IMG/VR virus record: IMGVR_UViG_3300016469_000499
Coordinates: 1 to 36,872 of that record
DNA from: a virus
Lineage: Duplodnaviria; Caudoviricetes
Reading direction: 5' to 3' (one strand)
Length of the DNA: 36,872 nt
Shown here in pieces: positions 27,224 to 34,186 of the stretch. Every line of letters begins with the position of its first letter. The first letter of the stretch is position 1. The notes under the pieces are model-generated. The model saw nothing but the letters and a program-made list of their open reading frames with translations. It had not been told where the DNA came from and searched no databases. Position numbers and translations under genes: made by a program.

Positions 27224-28210
27224 ATGATTTATATATATAAAATTACAAATTTAATTAATGGTAAAATATATATTGGGCAAACAAATAATTTAAATAGAAG
27301 ATGGAGTCAATACAAACACGCTTCTAAGCTTGAAGATCATGACCAATTAATTACCAAGGCAATGAAAAAATATGGAATCAATAATTTTAAATTTGAAAAA
27401 ATAGATTCGGTAGAAACCAGAGAAGAGGCGAATAAAAAAGAAGAAGAGTATATTTTATTCTTCGACGCAAGAAACCTAGAAAAAGGATACAATATCCATA
27501 CAGGTGGTGGAGTCTTCGGAGTACCTGAGTCTATACGACAGAAAATCTCAGATTCACTGTATAAATTCTACGAAACAAACCAATCGCCACTCTTGGGTAA
27601 AAAGTTTACCGAAGAACATAAAAAAGCAATATCAATTGCTTCTATTGGAAAACCTGGAACAAATACAGGTAAAAAATTTATTGAAGAGCATAAATATAAA
27701 ATAAAAATTGCTAATATGTATCAAAAAGTTTCTACTGAAAAACTACATAAATTAAGAAAAGCAAGAGTAGGAAAAGCTCCTGTTAATAAAAGAATGACAA
27801 ATGAAATTATTGAAGAAATAAGATCTAAAAAATATTCCGTAGAATATCTTGCAAACAAACATAATTTTTCAAAGACTACAATAAGAAATATATTAAATAA
27901 TAAAATCTATAAAGACAATACTTATCAAGCTACTTTAAAAAAGCATAGAAAACTAAACCAATCAGAAGTTTTTGAAATTAAAAACTCAAATGAAAGTCTT
28001 GATGTTTTGTCTAAAAAATACAATATAAATAAAATTAAAATTAAAAAAATAAAAAATGGAAAGCTCTACAATATAAAATTTATAGATCAAGATCAAGTTT
28101 TTGATATGTACTTTAATCAAAAGTATACAAAAATAGAAATTTCAAAAATATTAAAAATAAGTGTAAAAAAAGTTAGAAGTATTATAAGTCAAAAAGATAA
28201 TTTGGGTTAA
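27224..28210 (+). CDS. Free-standing GIY-YIG homing endonuclease with NUMOD3-like and HTH repeats
   Basis: IYKITNLINGKIYIGQT...RRW, GYN, FTEEHKKAIS repeats; opposite strand to its neighbours. Confidence 0.93.
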   Translation: MIYIYKITNLINGKIYIGQTNNLNRRWSQYKHASKLEDHDQLITKAMKKYGINNFKFEKIDSVETREEANKKEEEYILFFDARNLEKGYNIHTGGGVFGVPESIRQKISDSLYKFYETNQSPLLGKKFTEEHKKAISIASIGKPGTNTGKKFIEEHKYKIKIANMYQKVSTEKLHKLRKARVGKAPVNKRMTNEIIEEIRSKKYSVEYLANKHNFSKTTIRNILNNKIYKDNTYQATLKKHRKLNQSEVFEIKNSNESLDVLSKKYNINKIKIKKIKNGKLYNIKFIDQDQVFDMYFNQKYTKIEISKILKISVKKVRSIISQKDNLG

Positions 28211-28901
28211 GATCCATATTTGGATTTTCTGTTAAAAACTCATCTATGTCTTTGTATTCTTGTGGAAGATTTATTTTTTTAATATTGGCATAATCTTTAT
28301 ATTTTCTATAAAACATAGAAAAACCAATTTCTCCAGCCTCGTCATTGTCAAGGCAAACATAAATATTATTAGTAAATCTTTTTAATAAAAAAAATTGATT
28401 TTGAGTAATATTAGAAGAACTTGCAGCTACTATGTTTTTTATATTATTGTCAAAAGCTTTAATTACATCAAATTGACCTTCAGAAATAATTACATAATCT
28501 AATTTTTTTATTGTTTCTAAAGACTCATATAATCCAAACAAATTCTCAGATTTTTTATAAACTGTATTTTTGTATTTTGGTATATTTAATTCTTTATAAT
28601 CTTTTAAGCATCTTCCTATAAGAGCTATTGTTTGTCCATACAAGTTTTTAAATCCAATAATTAGCTCGTAGTTATTAAAATAAGAATTATAAAAAATAGA
28701 ATTATAAGTTTCTTGTTTTTTTAACAAATTAAGTTCTTTTAAATATTGCTCAGAGAAATAATCTTTTAATAAATTAAGATTTTTTGGATAATATCCAAAT
28801 TCAAAATAGTTTTGTGTAGCTCTAGAGTTTAAGTATTCTAGAGCTGGATTGTCTAAATTATGTAATAAATAATTACAATGTTTTAAAATATCATCATACA
28901 T
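28182..28901 (-). CDS. dnaG: DnaG-type primase catalytic core/TOPRIM without zinc-binding domain
   Basis: ALEYLNSR, IGR, PKYKNT, LFGL, SEGQFDV, CLDNDEAG, KDIDEF. Confidence 0.88.
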   Translation of the reverse strand: MYDDILKHCNYLLHNLDNPALEYLNSRATQNYFEFGYYPKNLNLLKDYFSEQYLKELNLLKKQETYNSIFYNSYFNNYELIIGFKNLYGQTIALIGRCLKDYKELNIPKYKNTVYKKSENLFGLYESLETIKKLDYVIISEGQFDVIKAFDNNIKNIVAASSSNITQNQFFLLKRFTNNIYVCLDNDEAGEIGFSMFYRKYKDYANIKKINLPQEYKDIDEFLTENPNMDLNPNYLFDL

Positions 28902-29784
28902 TTTTTAATATTTTTATAATTTTGTTTAGTCTATCATTATCCAATGGTTCTATATTTACTTTTACTAGTAAATCATCATTATAACCTATTCCTTTGTTTT
29001 TAACATTAAAAACTTTAGATGAGTCTATATGAGAATTTGACTCAATATTAACAACCGAGTCATCTGGTAATTTTATTTCTTTATTAAAACCTTCTAGAGA
29101 CTCTAAGTATGAGATATTTATTTTTGTTGTTAATTTATTATTAACTATTGAGAAATCTGGATTGCTATCAAATGTAATATTTAATATAGCATCTTCATAG
29201 CTTCCAGAAAATACATTAAATATAGTTTTAATGTTTGAAAAATTACCCATATTTCTTAGAAGTAATTTTCCATTATTAGGAATTCCTGGTGGGATTTTTA
29301 CATTTAGATTGACATTTGTTTTTGTACTTCCGGAACCAAAGCAATCTGAACATCTTTCTAAATTTTCACTTTTGCAAGAGCACATTGTTTGAGATGTTGT
29401 TATTCCAAAATTAGTTTTTATTGTTTTTGTAATAAAGCCTCTTCCATTGCATTTTTTACAATTATTTATTTTACCTTCTCCACCACAAGTTTCGCAATGA
29501 ATTAATCTATCATAGTTTACATTAACAGTACCGCCATAAACAACTTCTTTAAAAGAAATATGTTTATGAAGTATAATATCCTCTATAGAGTCATCTACTA
29601 TTGCATTTTCTTTATGTTTTTTAATAATATCAAAAGCCTGATTTATTTCTTTCATTTTAGAAGAGTTATTTATATCTAAATCAGGATGATATTTTTTTAC
29701 AAGCTCTTTATGTTTTTTCTTTGCTTCTTCAAGAGAGCAATTTTGATTTAATTCAAATATTTTATATGCTTCAAAAGTATTCAT
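28894..29784 (-). CDS. dnaJ: DnaJ-family co-chaperone
   Basis: J domain with YHPD, CxxCxGxG repeats, C-terminal VKIPPG domain. Start moved to ATG 29784, which overlaps the RuvC stop (ATGA). Confidence 0.9.
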   Translation of the reverse strand: MNTFEAYKIFELNQNCSLEEAKKKHKELVKKYHPDLDINNSSKMKEINQAFDIIKKHKENAIVDDSIEDIILHKHISFKEVVYGGTVNVNYDRLIHCETCGGEGKINNCKKCNGRGFITKTIKTNFGITTSQTMCSCKSENLERCSDCFGSGSTKTNVNLNVKIPPGIPNNGKLLLRNMGNFSNIKTIFNVFSGSYEDAILNITFDSNPDFSIVNNKLTTKINISYLESLEGFNKEIKLPDDSVVNIESNSHIDSSKVFNVKNKGIGYNDDLLVKVNIEPLDNDRLNKIIKILKNV

Positions 29785-30302
29785 ATTAGTTTTTTCTTTA
29801 AGCAATGAGTTAAACAAACAGCAAAAGCATCAGATATGTCATATGATTCTTTTTTTATTTCAAGTTTTTTATTATATAAATAAGGAAATTTTATATTTAA
29901 TCTTTTTTCTAAAAGAAGTGGTATCTCTTCTTTTTTAGGTGGTATTTTTGATAATTTAATTTGATGTCTTATGGTTAGTACATTATATAATGTTGGAGAT
30001 TTGTTTAATTTATGACAAGTTAGTCCAATAATTCTATTGAAAAGAGCAAGCATGATAATAGTATTTGCTGTGCTTTTATTTTTCATAAATTTAGCAATAT
30101 CTTCAATTGCTATTTCATCTGGATTATATTTTTGAATAATATCATTTATTTTATTTTCTACCCATAATAATCTTTCAAATATTGATCCTTTCTTTGGTGG
30201 TTTAAAGAACCCATGGTCTATTTTTATAATAGATTTATTTTCTATTGTAAAAACACAATAAGCAGTTGTTGAAGAAGAAATGTCAAAGCCCAGTATTTTC
30301 AT
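29781..30302 (-). CDS. ruvC: RuvC-like Holliday junction resolvase
   Basis: MKILGFDISS, PDEIAIED, DISDAFAV. Confidence 0.88.
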   Translation of the reverse strand: MKILGFDISSSTTAYCVFTIENKSIIKIDHGFFKPPKKGSIFERLLWVENKINDIIQKYNPDEIAIEDIAKFMKNKSTANTIIMLALFNRIIGLTCHKLNKSPTLYNVLTIRHQIKLSKIPPKKEEIPLLLEKRLNIKFPYLYNKKLEIKKESYDISDAFAVCLTHCLKKKLI

Positions 30303-30309
30303 ACTGGGC

Positions 30310-30318
30310 TTTATATCA
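30310..30318 (-). promoter_or_regulatory. Extended -10-like promoter, leaderless ruvC
   Basis: TG-A-TATAAA 7 nt before the ATG; no SD. Confidence 0.45.
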
Positions 30319-30334
30319 TAAATCTATTTATGGT

Positions 30335-31021
30335 TTAATTATAATCTTCAAACTCTTCTGAATCATCTGCTACTGGTACTGGTTGTTTTTTTCCTTTTAC
30401 ATCAACTTTTGCAACAGAAGTTGTTGTTAGTCCGCCAGCGCCTAGAGACTCGTGAATCTTAGCTAGCTTCTCTTTTACCATCTCTGGTGTTGGAGGAGTA
30501 GATAGTTTCTTTAACATATCTAGATCTACATCTTTATCTCGTATTAATTGTAGCTCTGGAGAAAGTGGCTCTTTTCCTAGAGGCTGCACTGTATAATATC
30601 CTACTGCACCTGCTTCTGGTTTTACTAGAATATTAATATCATATCCTCGAATATCTCCCCATCGTTTATTTGAAACTAATGCTCCCATTTGCTGAAAGAC
30701 TGCATAGGACATATCTAAAATCTTATAAGATGATGTCTTGAGATCAATTACTCCAATGTAATATTTTCTTTTTGCTTTGTCTCCCATTGCACATAATGGA
30801 CACTCTGGGTTTTCTCTTGTTGCTGAGCAAAGAACTTTTCTTCCAAATCCTTTCTCACCTTCTGCTTTGTATTTATGTACTGTATATTGAAATGGTGATG
30901 TAACTACTCGCACTTCATTCTCTCCTGGCATTAGTCTTAGGAATAAATCCTTCATGTTTGTTTTTTTGCCAGATCCACTTGCTGCGTCCCATGAAACTTC
31001 ACCGAATGTATATGATGTCAT
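30335..31021 (-). CDS. Single-stranded DNA-binding protein, T4 gp32-like
   Basis: FLRL.PGENEVRV, H...C...CPLC metal site, GYDI, acidic tail DDSEEFEDYN. Confidence 0.75.
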   Translation of the reverse strand: MTSYTFGEVSWDAASGSGKKTNMKDLFLRLMPGENEVRVVTSPFQYTVHKYKAEGEKGFGRKVLCSATRENPECPLCAMGDKAKRKYYIGVIDLKTSSYKILDMSYAVFQQMGALVSNKRWGDIRGYDINILVKPEAGAVGYYTVQPLGKEPLSPELQLIRDKDVDLDMLKKLSTPPTPEMVKEKLAKIHESLGAGGLTTTSVAKVDVKGKKQPVPVADDSEEFEDYN

Positions 31022-31072
31022 TATTTGATCCTTTTCTTTGTGATAAACACGTTTATTTTACGATCTTTTTTT

Positions 31073-31092
31073 AGTTAAGTTAAGTTAAGTTA
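31073..31092 (-). repeat. (TAACT)4 tandem repeat in the SSB leader
   Basis: Plus strand AGTTA x4, perfect. Confidence 0.9.
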
Positions 31093-31096
31093 TTAT

Positions 31097-31354
31097 TTAT
31101 TTAGAGGTCTTGAGTGAAATAAGTCTTGTTCCATTTGATTTTCGGAACTTAATAGAAACTCCTTTTGACCTCAATTTATATACTAAATTATGCATGGTTT
31201 TGCCCATAATTGATGCATTTTTAGGCATTTCTTTTTTTAGATTTTTATCTAAAGAAACCACTTCAGATTTTAGATCTGTCATGGTACCATCCCATGTTTT
31301 TACTTTATTGATGAATTTTAATACTGCATTAAAAACTACTTCGTTATTTTCCAT
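31097..31354 (-). CDS. Small basic protein, possible winged helix
   Basis: 85 aa, GGAG RBS; W.GT.T.L...PKN...L...GV.I pattern. Confidence 0.65.
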   Translation of the reverse strand: MENNEVVFNAVLKFINKVKTWDGTMTDLKSEVVSLDKNLKKEMPKNASIMGKTMHNLVYKLRSKGVSIKFRKSNGTRLISLKTSK

Positions 31355-31364
31355 TTTTCTCCAA

Positions 31365-31655
31365 TTATTTAGATTTAAATACTAAGCTTTTTATAAAATT
31401 TACTCTATGTACAGGAAACATTATCTCACAGATAATTTCTTTTTTATTTGTTTTTACATCATTAATAATTTCTGTGTACTTTTCAGAAATTTCAGAAATA
31501 TCTAAGTCAGAAAAAAATCCTTTTGTAGAAACAAAATTTGAGATAATATCTGGCTTATCTAATGTAATAAAAAATTTACTATCTTTTTTATCTGATAAAG
31601 AAATTAAGTAATTTGTCTTTGGTGAGATTTTTTGATTTTGTGAAAAGTCCGTCAT
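31365..31655 (-). CDS. Hypothetical protein
   Basis: 96-aa ORF preceded by a consensus-like promoter. Confidence 0.72.
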   Translation of the reverse strand: MTDFSQNQKISPKTNYLISLSDKKDSKFFITLDKPDIISNFVSTKGFFSDLDISEISEKYTEIINDVKTNKKEIICEIMFPVHRVNFIKSLVFKSK

Positions 31656-31661
31656 GATTTT

Positions 31662-31689
31662 ATTCTAAGCATGACGAACTTTTTGTCAA
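31662..31689 (-). promoter_or_regulatory. Sigma70-type promoter TTGACA-N16-TAGAAT
   Basis: The -10 ends 6 nt before ATG 31655 and is flanked by the inverted repeat CGTCATG/CATGACG. Confidence 0.7.
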
Positions 31690-32775
31690 TCACTTTTTGA
31701 AAAGCTCTAATACTTTTAATTCAATCTCTCTGCACATTTCTGGTTTAGAAACCAAGCCTTGTTTTAAGGCTTCTTTTCCTCTGAATTTTTCTTCACCATA
31801 CTCATACATAACATTATTTGGTTTTCTAATAATTTCGTATTTTATTCCTAATTCTATCACCTCTTCTACTCTTTCAGTTACGCCTTCAATAAATTTTACT
31901 TTAAATAAACATTTTTTAGGATGAGGTCCAAACTTTGATTTTTCTACGGTCGCTCGTACAACCTGACCGATTTTCTCTTCATTTTCATCAAGTATAAGAG
32001 CATCTTTTGCTCCTGCAAGCTCGAAATAAATATTTGCACTTAAAAAGTGTGAATAAGCATTTCCGCCCATAAAAGTATGATCTTTGTACATATCCATAGA
32101 ATCTCTTTTATGATTTATTACAATAAATGGAATATTTGCTTTTGCAACCTCTAAAGAAAGCTTCTTCATTGTTGTGGCTAAAAATCTAGCCATTAAAGAA
32201 ATATTCATTTTACCAACAGCAGAAGTATCTTCTCCTGGAGGAATAATTGCACCTAATGAATCTAATACAACTAAGTTTATATTTATCTTTTTTGTAATAA
32301 TTTGATCTAAAAGACCTTCTTTTGATTTTCCTTTTAATTTATGAGAATGAATATCTTCTTTTGGAACACCTAAAAGCATTTCAAAACATCTTCTACCATT
32401 TACAGCTAAATCTCCATCTATAATGATTACCTTTGAAGTATCAATTCCTAGTTGAGTAGCCCATATAGTAGAAAATGTCTGTTCTGCATCTATAAATACT
32501 TGCCTTGCATCTGGATCTTTTTCTTGTGCATTTTTAATAGCAATCATAGACATTAATGTCTTGCTTGATCCAGGAGGTCCATAATATTGGATTATCCTTC
32601 CGCATGGAAGACCTCCGCAACTTAATGCGTCATCTAATGTAAGTGATCCAGTACTAATAACATCTACATCTAATCCTAGTTTATCAGAGCCTATTCTGAA
32701 ATCTAATTGCTCTTCTGATTCTGCATATGATTTAAAAAATTGTTTTATTGTATCTTCTTTATCTTCTTTTGGCAT
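31690..32775 (-). CDS. recA: RecA/UvsX recombinase
   Basis: ISTGSLTLDDAL..GGLP.GRI, Walker A GPPGSSKT, FIDAE, LVVLDS, MAR, VEKSK. Confidence 0.95.
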   Translation of the reverse strand: MPKEDKEDTIKQFFKSYAESEEQLDFRIGSDKLGLDVDVISTGSLTLDDALSCGGLPCGRIIQYYGPPGSSKTLMSMIAIKNAQEKDPDARQVFIDAEQTFSTIWATQLGIDTSKVIIIDGDLAVNGRRCFEMLLGVPKEDIHSHKLKGKSKEGLLDQIITKKININLVVLDSLGAIIPPGEDTSAVGKMNISLMARFLATTMKKLSLEVAKANIPFIVINHKRDSMDMYKDHTFMGGNAYSHFLSANIYFELAGAKDALILDENEEKIGQVVRATVEKSKFGPHPKKCLFKVKFIEGVTERVEEVIELGIKYEIIRKPNNVMYEYGEEKFRGKEALKQGLVSKPEMCREIELKVLELFKK

Positions 32776-32781
32776 TTAACC

Positions 32782-33243
32782 TTAAATTGTTTTTCTAATA
32801 CCTATTGAAATTTCTTTTAAAAAGTGGTGTTGTTTGATTAGTATTTCATATTTTTTTTCTAGTAATAATCTAGAGCCTTTTGCTTTTGCAAGTTTTATTT
32901 GTAACTCCTCTACAGATGGATCAGATTCAGAAGCAAACTTTCTCATATCCATTGTTACTTTTGATCCATCTTTTGATTCATAATCCATTGCTATTTTATT
33001 TTTTAATGAGTTTATTTTTGCTTCTAAATAACTTGTAGTCTTTTGTAATTTACCCAAAAATTCAGCACAAACATCAGCAGCTCTTAATGTCTGCTGTTGC
33101 ATTAATTCTGCATGTGCAATATCAATTGGAATTTCATTTTTCAATTCAGATAAAATCTCTTGAATTTCTTTTAAATCAAAATCTAAAAATTGTTCTTCGT
33201 ATTCGTTTCCAAGAATAGCACCAAGCTTAGTATCTTTGTCCAT
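32782..33243 (-). CDS. Coiled-coil protein, possible UvsY-like recombination mediator
   Basis: 153 aa, all helical, next to recA; the function is inferred from size and context. Confidence 0.5.
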   Translation of the reverse strand: MDKDTKLGAILGNEYEEQFLDFDLKEIQEILSELKNEIPIDIAHAELMQQQTLRAADVCAEFLGKLQKTTSYLEAKINSLKNKIAMDYESKDGSKVTMDMRKFASESDPSVEELQIKLAKAKGSRLLLEKKYEILIKQHHFLKEISIGIRKTI

Positions 33244-33249
33244 AGACTT

Positions 33250-33277
33250 ATACTAAATCTTTATTTAGTCTCATCAA
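33250..33277 (-). promoter_or_regulatory. Sigma70-like promoter TTGATG-N16-TAGTAT
   Basis: The -10 ends 6 nt before ATG 33243; same geometry as the 31662-31689 site. Confidence 0.5.
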
Positions 33278-33566
33278 GTGCTTTGATTTTATTTTTTAAT
33301 TCAAAACACAACTCATTTACTTGATCTTGCATCGCTCGTACATGCTGATGATTAAAAATAGAAACTAAAAATAAAAATATCTCTAGACTTGTTTGCTTCT
33401 TTGATGGCGGAACTAAATATTGAATAATACCTTTTTTATCGGTTTCAAATAAATCTTCAAATAATTGCTCGCCACCATATCCCTTATATGATTCGCAAAT
33501 ATTTTGAAATATTTGCCACTCATGATCGGTTAAGTCAATCCTTTTATTACAAATAACTCTTAACAA
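33261..33566 (-). CDS. Hypothetical protein
   Basis: 101 aa, TTG start with GGAGG RBS. Confidence 0.72.
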   Translation of the reverse strand: MLRVICNKRIDLTDHEWQIFQNICESYKGYGGEQLFEDLFETDKKGIIQYLVPPSKKQTSLEIFLFLVSIFNHQHVRAMQDQVNELCFELKNKIKALDETK

Positions 33567-34178
33567 TTAACCTCCGCGTTTAAAAGAACCTCTTGATCCA
33601 GATTGGATATTCTCTCTTGAACTTTTCGCTTTATCAAAATGCTGCTGCAATCTAAGAGCATCCATTGCTTCTTTTTTATTAGATGGTCTAATATCTACAA
33701 CAATGCCTTCATCTTCTTCATTTACATTTCCAAAGGCAGAAGCTAATTTATTAGACACTTCTTCTACCTCTAAATCTGATAAAGGGTCAAGATCTTCCTC
33801 CTCATCATCTAATGAACTATTAAGCTTACTCATGGCACTAGAAATCCTTTCTTCTTTATTTATTACTGGTATTTTTATTCTTGAAAATATTTCTTCTTGT
33901 TTTGAAAGAACAGGTTTTGTAGTCTCAACAAGTACAGATTCAGAATTCTTAGTTATTTTCTGATTAGATAAAACAAAATTATAATTCGATCTTATCCAAT
34001 CAGTAAATGATTCCTTGTACTTTTCTGACATTAAACTATTTATTAAGTCTTTTGCCTTTACTAACAAATCCTGTAATTCTTGATCCATAATAGACTCGCC
34101 ACAAAATGGACATACGTTCTTTTCTATAGCATGTTTCCATTTAGGATCTATTTGAACATTACAGCTTTGACATTTCAT
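33567..34178 (-). CDS. Zinc-ribbon protein with acidic disordered C-terminal half
   Basis: CQSC...CPFC at the N-terminus; GAGG RBS. Confidence 0.78.
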   Translation of the reverse strand: MKCQSCNVQIDPKWKHAIEKNVCPFCGESIMDQELQDLLVKAKDLINSLMSEKYKESFTDWIRSNYNFVLSNQKITKNSESVLVETTKPVLSKQEEIFSRIKIPVINKEERISSAMSKLNSSLDDEEEDLDPLSDLEVEEVSNKLASAFGNVNEEDEGIVVDIRPSNKKEAMDALRLQQHFDKAKSSRENIQSGSRGSFKRGG

Positions 34179-34186
34179 TTTCCTCT

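Noticed and set aside
29785-29817. Track start of DnaJ at 29817
   Set aside because: ATG 29784 overlaps the RuvC stop and begins the J domain.
7123-33963. Other short plus-strand ORFs (for example 7732, 13501, 20853, 23473, 31110, 33703) and the out-of-frame 27504 ORF
   Set aside because: They lie over well-supported genes and have shadow-type composition.
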